Shown here: positions 1 through 16,375 of the stretch, in pieces
Layout: every line of letters begins with the position of its first letter
Position numbering within the stretch: position 1 is the stretch's first letter
DNA from: the human T2T-CHM13v2.0 reference genome, Homo sapiens
Assembly (NCBI RefSeq): GCF_009914755.1
Contig: NC_060925.1
Length of the DNA stretch: 64,000 bases
Reading direction: 5' to 3' (one strand)
Notes under the pieces: generated by a model
Databases searched by the model: none
What the model was told of the DNA's origin: nothing
The model's input: the letters and a program-made list of their open reading frames with translations, nothing else
Program-made: the position numbers and the translations under genes

Positions 1-620
1 TGCAATGTGACCTCGTCAGTATCAAGTTTAGGTACAGCCTATTTCCCCATTCCCTTCAACTCAGGTGGGTCCTATCATGGCTCTGACGAATACAATACTG
101 AAGTGATCCTGTGCCAGTTCTAGGCATAACCCTTACCTACCCATGTCTAGCTTCCACTTTCTCAGAACACTTGCTCTTGAGGTATTTCTCTTAGAAGCCA
201 ACTACCACGTAGTATAAAATATGACTACTGTAAGACAACTATGGAGAAGCCCTGGAGGATGACAGATCCATGTGCGGAGGTCAAGGAGCACGGAGGAACC
301 AGAAATGCAAGTGAAGAAGTTATCATAGAAGCAGATCTTACAGGCCCAGCCGGTGCCAACTGCCCAGATAAATCCTTCCCAAATTACTGACTCATAAAAT
401 CATGAGCAAGATAAAATGGTTGTTGTAAGCCACTAAGTTTTGAGGTAGTTTGTAATGTAACTGTAAATGAAACAAAAATTGGTTCCTGAAGTATTATGTT
501 GCTTTAAGAAAAATAAACACTTGCCTCTTGTTTTCAGATTGGTGGTGGGTGGGCCTCAAGAAGAAGGAGGTTTGACAGACAATGAGATAAATGTTATTAG
601 AGGCAGGAAAAAAGGTATAA
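1..620 (+). mobile_element. MaLR LTR (MLT1G/H-like, 1-~473) followed by the start of MLT1 internal sequence
   Basis: Typical MLT1 3' end (…CCTTCCCAAATTACTGACTCATAAAATCATGAGC…AAGCCACTAAGTTTTGAGGTAGTTTGT…AACA) followed by AAAATTGGTTCCTGAAGT; subfamily uncertain. Confidence 0.65.
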
Positions 621-693
621 AGTATAAGATATAAGCTTATAAGATAAATATACTTTTGGTATTATGAATTATTTCATTAAAAAAGGTGATAGT

Positions 694-1015
<322 letters not shown>

Positions 1016-1151
1016 TTAGTTGCTAACACAGATGAGAGGGTGACATATGGCTCTGATTATGCAAGTTGGGCCGTATCTATGCTTAAGTTTGCTATTAAGA
1101 GGAATTAGTGACAATGGGTTGTCCTAATTTTCAAGCACAAATTAAACGTTA

Positions 1152-1578
<427 letters not shown>

Positions 1579-1954
1579 TTATGGCAAGCATAATCAATCA
1601 TGTATACCAAGATAATTTATTAGGAAACACTTGATGTCTGGATTCAAATTCCCATGAAAAACAGTAATTTAAATAAGAAAAAAGTCACAAATGTTGTCCC
1701 TTAGTGGGTTGTAGAATATTTGCCCACCTTGATTTCTTCCCCATTTTCTTAGTGTAAGAGGTAAAGGCTGAACTGAGCTGGCAATGAAGAGCAGATGCCT
1801 TTAAACCAGCGAGCTGATGCAAATTCAATTACATATACAGTCACATGTTGCATAACATTTTGGCTTAGAATGGACTATATACACAATGGTGGTCCCTTAA
1901 GATTATAATACTGTCTTTTCATTGTACCTTTTCTATGTTTCGATATATAAATAC

Positions 1955-2586
<632 letters not shown>

Positions 2587-3424
2587 GATACATACTTACC
2601 TCTGAGTTAAAACTGCCTACAGTACTCAGTACAATACCACTGTACAGGTTTGTAGCCCAGAAGCAATAGGCTATACTATGTAGCCTAGGTGTGTTGTAGA
2701 CTATACCATCTAGGTTTTATTAAGTACCATCTATGATGTTCATATGATGAAATCACCTAACGATGCATTTCTCAGAACATACCCTCATCAAGTGACATAT
2801 GATTTTAATGCAATCTAAATGTACTATTGATATATGACATTAATATATACAGGTGTTTATGTCATATATTGATTTATATTCATGCAGTGTCATGTTCAAT
2901 TTAGGTATTTCCAACTTAATTTGCTTGATGATAGTCTCAGCAAAACAGAACTTTGCTCCTAGACTCTTCTACACCTGCCCTTGTTTGGTAATGGAATGGA
3001 TTCTTCGCTTACAAGATATATTACACATTTAACCACAAATATCTATGAATGAGCCTACCGTATATTTTAAAATAAGTGTTGGTTATATTTTATGTTAGAA
3101 GAATCAGTATCAAAAAGAAATACTGTCATATATTATAGAAAGTAAGTTTTATTGGATATGTTTTTCAGATCTCAAGATTTAACATGGTGTTTGATACTAG
3201 TAAGTCAATAAAAGCAAAAACAAAATTAACTTCCTTTGGTTTGATATAGCAGAAAAGTACAAGCAAAAATTAGGAATTCCAAGCACAAGAAAGCATACAA
3301 GTCTTGTGAATTGTATCTTCCTTTTTCAGTTGATTAATCTCCACTGTCTTGCTGGTTAAAGTGGAAGTGAGGCTGGTGGGAAGGCTGAAAATATAATGGG
3401 ATACTTTTACATTATTTAAAAATG

Positions 3425-3735
<311 letters not shown>

Positions 3736-4830
3736 CGCTACAGAGGTTAGGAGAGCTAAGAAGCTGAAATTATCTTCAATCTCATGTATGTCTGTCTCAC
3801 TCGTACACATTATCAGTTTGATCTTAACACTGTGGAAGAACTGGAAGGCTCTCATTTAACTGAAGGGTTAAGCAAACATTTTCTGTAAAGGGTGACATAG
3901 TAAGTATTTTAGGTTTTGTGGGTCAAGAGGCAAAATTCAGGATATTAAGTAGGTACTTACATGTCTACTAATGAGGAAAATAAAATTCTCTTTTGGGGAT
4001 CACATTTCACTTAATTGGAGTTCAAAGTTAATGTTCTCTATCAAAATCAATGACAAATGTTCATGTGTCAATGATGTTGTGTTAACAAGATTTTATGTAT
4101 TTCACTTTCTTTTCGCATAGACAAGTAATGCCAAATACCGATATTAATCCACAAGTGTATGATTTTAATTGAGCATATTTATTGCTTGGAAGGCATTCAT
4201 AGAATTGTATTACATTCTTCTCCTGATAATGGCCTTTTAACATACTGTTACACTGCAGATTAGTCACTACCAACTGAAGGTTAGATGGAACCCCCTTAAC
4301 TGTACAGTGAAAACAAATTTTGAAATATGAAAATTTCCTTTGCATTTGCATTCAAGTCTGAAAAACACTGCTGAAAATATAGCTTGAGCCTGGAAAATAT
4401 ATCTGCTGCAAATCTATGTGGTAATGAACATCCTATTTTAACTTCTGACACCACTGGAAGTATATAAAGTATATAAAAGCAATTTGACATTACTTATGAT
4501 TCAAATGTTAACTTGTGAAATTGACTTTACTGCACTTTATGTTTCACAGAAAAGCAGTATTTTGCCTTGTAACTCTATGATGAATTCATTAAGACATATT
4601 AGCAAGTTTGCAGCAAAAGCTAATTTTCAAAACCATCCAGTGTTCAACAGCAGTAGCCGAAGGCAGTACTGATTCAGAAAAATCTTACTCTTGGCCCCGA
4701 GTTCAGAAAAATCACAACAAAACTTTGCTACTGCTAAGTCACCAGATTAGTGTGTCATTAAGACAAGTCACCCTAACAGTATTTTGTTAGAAATATTCAG
4801 CTTCTATTTCTAACAAAATGTCACAAAACT

Positions 4831-5068
4831 GGCTGAGCATGATAGCTCACACCTATAATCCCAGCACTTTGGGAGATCAAGGCAAAAAGATCACTTGAGG
4901 CCAGGGTTCAAGACTAGTCTGGGCAACGCTGTGAGACCCTATCTGTACCAAAAAAAAAAAATTAGCCAGGGTCCTGCTTGAGCCCAGGAGTTGAGGCTGA
5001 AGTGAGTCATGATCGCACCACTGCACTCCAGCCTGAGAAACAGAGTGAGACTCTGTCTCAAAAAAAAA
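4831..5068 (+). mobile_element. Internally deleted old Alu (AluJ-like)
   Basis: Alu arms with a right-arm deletion; TSD AAAATGTCACAAAACTG / AAAAGTCACAGAACTG. Confidence 0.9.
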
Positions 5069-5423
5069 GTCACAGAACTGATATTGATAGTTACGTGCAC
5101 AAGAGTGAATGAAGTTCATTGTTCACAATTACTGGTTAAATAACACAAGGTAGATTAAAGTCTTCTCTAACAAAGTACTGCTGATGAATAATGTAATAGG
5201 CTTTTTAAACACCTTACGTTTTCAATCTTGGCAAATCTGTCCCACTAAGTCTTCTGCTCCACATATTTTTACCCTTATCAGTTATAATAAATCTTAGCAG
5301 ATTCCACCTCAGGTTATACTGAATTAACACTTTTGCAACTGCTTTGAAGCTATTTTCTCCTATAGCTGTTCCATGTAGACTACTCACTGGAGCTAGTTCT
5401 TCTGTCAAGCTCAGCACTGACTT

Positions 5424-5724
5424 TTGTTTTTTTTTTTTTTTTTGAGACAGAGTCTCACTCTGTCACTTAGGCTGGAGTGCAGTGGTGCAATCTCGGCTCA
5501 CTGCAAACTCCGCCTCCCAGGTTCAAACAATTCTCTGCCTCAGCCTCCCGAGTAAGCTGGGATTACAGATGCCCACCACCACGCCCGGCTAATTTTTGTA
5601 TTTTTAGTAGAGATGGAGTTTCACCATCTTGGCCAGGCTGGTTTTGAACTCCTGAACTCATGATCCATCCGCCTCAGCCTCCGAAAGTGCTGGGATTACA
5701 GGCGTAAGCCGCTGCACCTCGCCC
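5424..5724 (-). mobile_element. Alu (AluS)
   Basis: Poly-T then antisense Alu; TSD CACTGACTT. Confidence 0.95.
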
Positions 5725-6505
5725 AACACTGACTTCTTGAATAAACAACTGCAAAGCAGCAATAACATTGATCTAGTCATCAAGAGCCAAGGAAAAATAT
5801 ACCTGAGCTAATTTGCCTTAACTTTTAATTGACTACTGATGTTGCTCCACTGTCCTCAACTCTTCAAGCAACTGTTCTTGGTGAGATGCTAACAGTCTTA
5901 AATAAATTTATTTTCTCTGCATACATTTCTTCAGCTGTTGCAATCAAATATGAATTAACCTATCATTGGTAAATGGCTTTCCTTGCTTGGCCAAGAAATA
6001 AGCCACTTAGAAACTTTAGTTGCAGCCTCAGTTTCATTCTTTTATTTTTGTGAAAAAATTCTGTTGTGTTAAGATATTCTATTTTACATTATTTTCTGAC
6101 CATTGTTTTCCTGAGTTAGAAATATTCTGATGAGTGCTCAGTATGGTAATGTCCACGCTTACTGTATTCTTTTAACACAGCTACAGTATCATTGTGTAAT
6201 AAACACAATGTTTTGCCATCTAATTCAGTGACAAAATAATCCATACTCCACCATGCCTTAAAAGCATGACATTCAAAGTTAACTTTTCTTGTTTTGGTGT
6301 GATGGATATGTAATGGTAATAAAAACAAATAAATAAAATAGTGCAGTATGGCAACATATGTGGCGATCAACATGTTGCTGTTATAACTGCATCACTGCAA
6401 TTAGTATGCTGAGCAGCAGAAAAAAAGTGATGAGAGCTGCACATGTGGTTTCTGTTGAAGCTACTAAGCTCTGCTGTTGTAATGTGAAAAGAGTCATATA
6501 CACTA

Positions 6506-7168
<663 letters not shown>

Positions 7169-7369
7169 CTTTATAGATACTGAAATTTGTATTTTCACAT
7201 GTCCTAAAATATTATTTTTGATTTTTTTTAACCATTTAAAAATGTAAAAGCCAGAATTAACAAATAGGCCATATATAGGTTGTACTTTGACGACCCCAGA
7301 TTAAAATTTTATTATTATGAAAGGCAATACAAGATAGAAATCTGCCTCCCACGCAGACAATGGAGCCAG

Positions 7370-7530
7370 TCTTCTAGACTACCTAAACGTCAGTTTCCTT
7401 ATCTGTAAAATGAAGATAATGGTAGTACTCACCTCACAGGTTTGTTGTGAGGATAAACTGAGTGAATATGTAAATCATTTAGAATAGTGCCTAGTATATA
7501 GTAAACATATTAGCTATTAATATTCATTAC
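7370..7530 (+). mobile_element. MIR fragment
   Basis: TCAGTTTCCTTATCTGTAAAATGAAGATAAT…CCTCACAGGTTTGTTGTGAGGAT core. Confidence 0.75.
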
Positions 7531-8295
7531 TCAGCAGAATACGGTTGCAAATGATTCTCAATTCCTATTAGCAACTCTATACTTTAAAACTCCCACTATA
7601 GGTCTGAGGCAAGCAGCCTTCTTGGACCAAGTAAGTCAAGTCCACAGTATGCCACTACTAATGCTTCTGTTATACTGCCCACAATCCTTCTAGAATTTTC
7701 ATTCTTAAGTAATTCAAACTGCTAAATATTACCCCTATTCTCAGATGCTACAACTCCACCACAAGAATAATTTTTGAACAGACTATCTGTAGTCTAAAGT
7801 TCTGCTGCATATCTAGATTAGTGTGCAAGTAGGAACAAGGTGAAACTTTAAGTGTTATTTTTGGCAATAATTTTATACAAGATATTCATCAATAGATGAC
7901 TGTATAAAAGTTATAATAAATCTTCTTTTTGACTAAAAGGCTTTAAGTGGGACTCAAAAATCATGTTTATCTACTTCCCAATGTATAAAAAAGCCACAAA
8001 AGTTTGATTACATGTATTCATTATTTAATATGCATGAGTGTCAGCCCATCTCTCCAGTCCTCTACCAAATATTTCAGACTAAGGACTTATGAAATTACTG
8101 GGGCCTTTTCGTTTCTTCTGGATTAGCTCCCACCCCACATTATAAAAATATACATTTGGATATACAATAAAATATATCTCTGAATAAGTTTACTCGTTTC
8201 TGTTTCCTAATTTTTTTTTGCAATAAATTATTTGTTGGGGAAGAAAGTCAAAAATGTGTTCATTAAATGATAGTTTGGAAACTATGCAAAAGTGA

Positions 8296-8625
<330 letters not shown>

Positions 8626-8657
8626 TAATTTAAATTAAAACCATAATAACAACTCAC

Positions 8658-8764
8658 CTACAACCAAGCCACATTCAGGACAGATCATATCACCGGCTCT
8701 GTAGTCCTCCACTAAAATCGCATCTGGATGGTTTGGACATGTGACTCTTGGAAGAGCATCCAAA
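8658..8764 (-). CDS. GTF2B: GTF2B exon 2 (107 nt), TFIIB zinc ribbon
   Basis: ttttag|TTTGGATGCT…GTTGTAG|gtgagt translates (R)[35 protein letters not shown](G), the TFIIB N-terminus; in phase with exon 1. Confidence 0.98.
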
Positions 8765-11133
8765 CTAAAAGAAAAAAGTTGTATTTTTACATCTTCCCAA
8801 CCAACATGTATCAAATTAATCTTCTGGGATGGGGGATGGGGAAGACAAAGATTGTGAACGTTTTTTCATACATACAACTGTAACACATATAAGCTAGATT
8901 TTCAAAGTAAACATCCCAGTTAGGTTATTTTAAATTCCAGCTAGTAACTGGCAAGTAGTTTCCACTGGAATTCTTATTTTATTGTGGAAGGCTTTCAAAA
9001 CATAAATAGAAAATAATTGTTTCTTCTCTCAATATGTATGCCAGTAAGACTTTTAGAAATGTTGATTAGTATAGTAATGACTAGTTACCGTAATAACCTG
9101 CAGCATTTACATTACCATCCAGTTTGTGCTCTTTGCCACTTATTTCTCTAGTCAGAGAACAATTTCTCTCTGTATTTTTCTACTTGTTAACTACTTTAGT
9201 AACAGATTTAAATAGTACACTGAACCCAGTAAGTATAGAAATGAGGGATGGTAGAAGTTGCTCTGCTGAACTTAAGACTTGATGATTTCCTTTAGTCCAG
9301 AATTGAGTTATTGAATTTATCATTCAAGAAATTGTTTCAAAAGCTACTTGTTATCTGTGATATTAATAATTAGCTCAATTTATTTTGAACAACAAAGCAG
9401 TTTGCAGAAGACACATTCATCTTTTTTTGACACATTAATCTTAAATGATCTGACAGAATCAGCTGTAAAAGCAACAAAGATTTGATCATTATTTCAGGGG
9501 GTATGACCTCACAATCATAAATTCTTGGTATCACTGCAAATAAGGCCCTTTTAAAAACCATCTGAAATACAATAAATGGTTAGGTTATGGACATCAGATA
9601 CACGTAAAAGACAAAATCAACTGTTCTTATAGTATGTAAATAGTATTTGTGGTTTGGGGTAAAGTTTCTCATGCTAGCAAATACAATTCAGAATGTTAAC
9701 TCTCAACTCAGAAGGTGATATCTACGGGAAAACTGATAAAATAATCCATATTCCCCCCTAAACTTATCTAGTCAGCTTAACTAGAATATGTCTTGAATCT
9801 TCTCATTGGGAACACGGGGGGATGAGTATTACTTCATATTTGTGTTTATTCCATAAATTCCTCTAAGGAAAGTATTTTAATAAATTATGACAAATAAAAT
9901 TAAACAGTTGATATAAATTATGAAAAACCATGTTGAAATAAAGGAAAATGTTAGCAGAGTAACAGTAATTACAAATTAGTAAAAGAGGAGGCCATGTGCA
10001 ACACGTGCTAAGAACTAATATCTCTGCAGTATTAAAAAGTAGATAGAAAACTATAGTTTGTGTAATGATACAGAAACATCTCAAAGATATGAAGAGTGAA
10101 GAATAAGGTAGAAAACCTATACAAAGCTGAAAAGTATGAACTAACCATACACCATAACATGGATGAACCTCAAAATACTAACAGAATCTAGACAGCAGAA
10201 TACATATGCCATTTATGACAACTTTAAAGCAGGCCAAATGAATTGATGGAGTTAGAAATCAGGATGTGGTTTTCTCAAAGGAGGGGGAATGACTGAGGAC
10301 AGAGACTTTGCTAGTGTCTTAGCTAGTGCTAGTGGTATCTGATTTCCTTACCTGGGTAGGAGCTATATGTATGTGCTCACTTTGTAACTGAGCTGCCCAC
10401 TTTTAAAATGTGCTAACTTCATTAAAAAAAGGTAAAAGCAAGGTAGTGAATGGAGTTTAAATTAGGTCACTTTCGTGGGGGAAGAGAGGTTAGAACTATT
10501 CCTATACATTTGTTAAAGCATAAACACTAGGAAAACACCAAGAGACTAGTAATTATGGCTGATCCAGGGAGACTTAGATGGCTGGGAGCTAGGAAAGGAG
10601 GAAGACTACTTTTCATGGTTTTAGTCTATTGCAATTTTGCTTTTGGACCATTTGTATGTGTTACCTATCAAAATAAAAGTATGCTAAATTAGTAAACTTA
10701 ATCAAATTACCCACAATACAGAAGAGGAACCATACAAATGGGGTGGTGAAGGTGGTAACAGAGAGAAACAATAGGGAGGAATAGAGAAACCACCACCACT
10801 GACATTAAAACGATTCGAGACTACTCAAGTACCAGATAATCCCAAACCCCATTTTATAGCTATCATTTATTGGGCATGGACTGTATTACTTGTGTTATAC
10901 ATTTATTATTGTCAATCTCCACAACAATCCTGCAAGAAAGGCACTATTTCACATTTAAAAAATTATGCTCAGAGAATGATTTGCCTGAAGTCATGGAACT
11001 AATAAGTGGCGGAGCTTACATTTGAACTCAGAACATTTGTACTCCTCTGTGAGGACACCAGCCAGTTTCATGGCCTAGTGACAATACACCTTCCTGAGGG
11101 AAAAACATGCAAAAGGTAGAAATATTATATTTA

Positions 11134-11437
11134 GGCTGGGCGCAGTGGCTCATGCCTGTTACCACAGCACTTTGGTAGGCCAAAGCCGGAGGACTGCTTG
11201 GACCCAGGAGTTCAGGACCAGCCTGGGCAATGTAACTAGGCCTTGTCTCCACAAAAATAAAAATTAATAAAATTTAAAAATAAAAAAATTAGCCAGGCAC
11301 GTGGTGTGTACCTATGGTCCCAGCTACTCAGAAGGCTGAGGTGGGAGGATCACTTGAACTGGGGAGGTCATGGCTGCAGTGAGCCATGATCGTGCCACCT
11401 ACACTTCAGCCCAGGCCTGTTCCATAAAATAAAAAAT
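11134..11437 (+). mobile_element. Alu (AluJ-like)
   Basis: Diverged full Alu. Confidence 0.9.
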
Positions 11438-12689
11438 ACTGCATTTAACTTTCTTTGTTGTCACTGATAGAAAAACTTGAGCAATAACTGCTATGATACA
11501 TAAATTGCACATATCTAGAAAAAAATTTCAGACTTAAAAAGCCATGATAGAATTAAAAAAAAAAAAAGCCATGGTAGAATTTTAAGTCGTATTTGAGTGA
11601 TCTGGGGAGCCCAAGTTTTCCATTTACCTACAAGGAGGCCTTACCCGACAGAACAACACCCAGATAGAATGACTGAGCATCCAATCCAAGAATCAGAATC
11701 AGTAAACAAGAGTGTCACTGGCTTTATGAGTTCTGTTCAAACAGTATATTAGCTAAAGCTGCCTCCCACCCCAAATTCCTTTTCTAATCATAAAATGTAA
11801 GTCTTGGCAGTTACCAGAAAAGGCTATTTTGTAAAAATGGCTTTCACTGTGAAATTAACCAATTCCACAGATGATAGCAGGGTCAGAAAAATAGTGCCAG
11901 AGTTCCAGAAGCTGTAGAATTAATTTGATACTTTCAACACAGGATTAGTTAACCAAAGGCCAGGTGTGGATAACAGGAAACAGGTTGTCTTAGACTCTAC
12001 ACTCTAACACGACTCTTGGAAAAGTCAACATTGGCATGACTCAGTTTACACTTATGCAAAAATACTAATATCTACCTCACAGTGGTAATGAGAGACATAA
12101 TTAGGGTCTGCAAGCATTTTTCAGGTCACAAGATTAAAGGCTGTTTCTGAGGGTACTGCATGCATTTCCTGTAGATATGAGTACACTGCATTCTTAAATA
12201 TATACTAAAAAGCGACCTCCCAGCACATATAACTAATTTTCTTTGGCAAGATTTTCTTCAGAAGTACACAGGCAACGATATTTGTAAACAAATCCTTTAG
12301 CAGGGAACTAATCAACTCTTCCGATGGCTCTAGCTTCCACTTCCGAGGCCCGCTGTGATGGTAACCAACCAGGTTCCATCTGGCTTACCAATGCTGACGT
12401 TCCCAACTTCCTAGCTGTCAGATCGATAGGAACCTGAAACTAACTGTTTCCCGTTCCTTTGAAAAGGAGAAATTACGGACCCTCGGGTTGTTTGGGCCGT
12501 AGATGAAAAAAACAAGCGGGGGGGGGGGGGGCGCGGGGGAGGAGAGGAGGGAGGGTGGGAAGAAGAGAAAATAAAGGGAGATTGAAATATTGGGAAAAGA
12601 TACGAGGGCAAGGACTGGGGACACAGTAGCCCACCAGGACCCACATAGGGTGATATCTACATAAGACTCCAGGGCAATAACGTCAACAG

Positions 12690-13100
12690 CTCGGTAACCC
12701 CTGCGACACCCTGACAGTCCTGCCGTCTGGAAGTGCCTTTGTCCCGGCCCGTCGGCCAGTCCCGCCGCTTCTCTCCCATACCCCTAGGCGCTCAGCCCTA
12801 CGAGGCTGCCCGGAGGCCGCCTAAAAGCCGGCGGCGCTCGCGCCCGCCCCTCAGCTCGCCGGGCTCGGCGGGACATACTAACCGGCTGGTAGACGCCATC
12901 TTCACGGCGACTGCGGTGCCCGCAACAAGACACAACAGACACACCGAAAGCAGGAAGCGAATGTGGCGAAGAGACGCGCAGAGATGAGTTTTTATAGACG
13001 ACTCACCCACGCAGTCGTAGCAGAGCAGGGCTACGGGTCGGGAGAAGGGCCAAGAACAGTGAGATCCCATACGTCACGTGCTTTGCGATTTCTTACGTTC
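12690..13100. promoter_or_regulatory. GTF2B: GTF2B CpG island and promoter
   Basis: Dense CpG; minus-strand TATAAAAA at 12996-12989; Inr-like CCACATT about 30 nt downstream; GGAAG ETS-like core at 12953; ACGTCACGTG (CRE half-site overlapping an E-box) 13071-13080; YY1-type AAGATGGCG over the start codon. Confidence 0.9.
12883..12899 (-). CDS. GTF2B: GTF2B exon 1 coding part (MASTSR)
   Basis: AAG ATG GCG TCT ACC AGC CG|gttagt; joins exon 2 to give [18 protein letters not shown]; 5' UTR extends to about 12965. Confidence 0.97.
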
Positions 13101-14167
13101 TTACTCCGTTTCTGTAATTTGCTATGTTGCTAAGCGAGTCAACGTAACTACCTAGGAAAAGTCTCATGGGAACCCTGCAAAGGGGCTACAACAGAGCTAC
13201 TCTCAATCTGACAGTTAAAACACAAAGAAAACCCTGGCTTCGTAGTGGTGCCAAAGCCTGCATCCCTAATAGTTTAACCACCCCTTCCTCTCCCACCTTC
13301 TCACGGCTACCTTCTCACGGCCACCACCTACCCCGCCCCCAGCCCCCCACCCCGCGTCAGGCACTCCCATTTGAGCCAGTTCTTACGTGCCCCAAGGGTG
13401 ATTCTTTCTAAGAAATTTGAAATAAAAGGAGAAACTCACTTAGGTCATCCAGAACAGGTGTCTGTTCAGGATCTGTCATCAGCTAGCATGTTGTCTTCTT
13501 AGGCACGTCCTTTATACAGGTCATGTAAGTTTATATAGGTTATGGTATCTTGCCTTGCATACCCTTTTAGAATTGGCAGAAGATGAAACAAAACTACGTG
13601 AAACCAATGTGTACACAAGAGGCACGACGATATGGGCCATGCTCTGATCATTTTTTTTTCACGGCCTTTGTAACGTTGGCTGATAGCTACATATAGAAAA
13701 CTTGCGAGAACATCTAGATATTGCAAAATATCCCTAGATTTATTAATTAGCCAAACTAACGTCAAAATTGTAATACCACTATTACTAACAACAATAACAG
13801 TTACCGGTGGAGAGTATTCACGTTCTTGGCGTTTTGAACAAAGAACTGGACACAACGCACAAACTAAGGAAAGAATGAAGGAATAAAGGCAGAGATTTAT
13901 TGAAAACGAAAAGGTAATACCAGCTCAAGAGTCCTTTTGCAGAATTTTCGGGGGTTTAAATACCCTCTAGAGGTTTCCCATTGGTTACATGGTGTACACC
14001 CTATGTAAATGAAGTAGTGGCTCCACAATCAGTCTGATTGGTTGTGGAAAGCAACCAATCAGAGGCTAAAGTGAAGTTACAAAGTTACACTCCTATGCAA
14101 GCGTCTGATTGGTTGCAGAAAGCAACGAATCAGAGATACTTTCAATTTCACATCTGCCACACGGCTA

Positions 14168-14169
<2 letters not shown>

Positions 14170-14210
<41 letters not shown>
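14170..14210 (+). repeat. (TG)n microsatellite
   Basis: About 20 perfect TG units. Confidence 0.98.
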
Positions 14211-14211
<1 letters not shown>

Positions 14212-14219
14212 TTGTGTAG

Positions 14220-14611
<392 letters not shown>

Positions 14612-15433
14612 TAGTTCTAGGAAATCAGTGTGAATCTGCCTTAGGTTCCCTGCCTTCAGACAGTATTCTCCTGCGGCAACACTTTGCTGACAACTATTCT
14701 TGAAAATACGGGGATTGGTATTTTCATGGTGGTTTTCATGGGGCTGAGAACTTAGAAGATAATGACTGCTTCCTTCATCTGGGGATGGGATTTAAATGTA
14801 ATGGAGCACTCACTGTTTTCTTGAGAAGGTGGGAGATACTAGCTTCCTTAGAAAGAAAAAGGGGTGCGAGAGGCAGGATTTTAGGAACTCAAATCTAGGT
14901 GGGAACCGGGGAGCATGATTTCTTTTTTCTTTCCCAATCCCAATCTTCTATTTTGTAATTCTGTAATTTTAAAAACTTGACTGTACTCTTGTGGGGGTTT
15001 TTTCCTCCCTCAATATTTTTGTCAAGTGCAACCAGGAAAGGGCTTGGGGGTGCTGCACCTCAGTCCAGTAGAGGTTTCATAGTAAAGCATCTTAACTTGG
15101 AGGAAGAGGAGGAATAAGACAACTGTGCATCTCTTAAGGATCCAGAACATGGACCTGCACCTAGTGGATTCATGGTAGGCATTCAATAATGTTTGTTGAA
15201 GGAAGAAATTGAAACCCTAGAAAAGGGAGGCAGCACTACTGGTTAAATTAACTCCTGCCCCACCTGGAGAGTCTCTTGTCTGTCATAAACTTGTAAGAAT
15301 TTCTTTTGTATTAAAATAGAAGGCACCTTAGGTAAGCCATTCGTTTTCTTTTGTTAGTACAGCACTGGAAATTTACAAAGCATTTTAATCAACATAATCC
15401 CATTTAATATTTATTATTGATCTTGAGGTTAAA

Positions 15434-15435
<2 letters not shown>

Positions 15436-15476
<41 letters not shown>
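15436..15476 (+). repeat. (CA)n microsatellite
   Basis: About 20 perfect CA units. Confidence 0.98.
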
Positions 15477-15479
<3 letters not shown>

Positions 15480-15663
15480 CTGGGGTTTTATCACTTGGGA
15501 ACCAATAACCTAACTAGCATTCACCAAAACTTCTGGTTTGTATAATAATTGTTACTTAAATTAATTATGTAAATTAAAATGATTTAAAGCAATGGTTTAA
15601 ATTAATTCATCTTTTTACTTAGAAAGTTATTCGAAAAGTTTATATCACTACTGTGAAATCTCA

Positions 15664-16375
<712 letters not shown>

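Larger units (their letters stand above)
4080..6330 (-). pseudogene. Decayed hAT/Charlie transposase (GTF2IRD2/EPM2AIP1-like)
   Basis: ORF fragments RKVNFECHAFKAWWSMDYFVTELDGKTLCLLHNDTVAVLKEY…HYHTEH, EELAPVSSLHGTAIGENSF…ITDKGKNM, LQLVVTNLQCNSMLK…ISVFGITCLCEK. Confidence 0.8.

Noticed and set aside
12997-13003. Possible upstream TFIIB recognition element (BREu) next to the TATA box of the TFIIB gene
   Set aside because: AGTCGTC matches SSRCGCC at only 4 of 7 positions.
12798-13070. 90-aa ORF containing MASTSRLVCP…
   Set aside because: Only MASTSR is coding; the rest is promoter/UTR and intron read-through past the GTTAGT donor.
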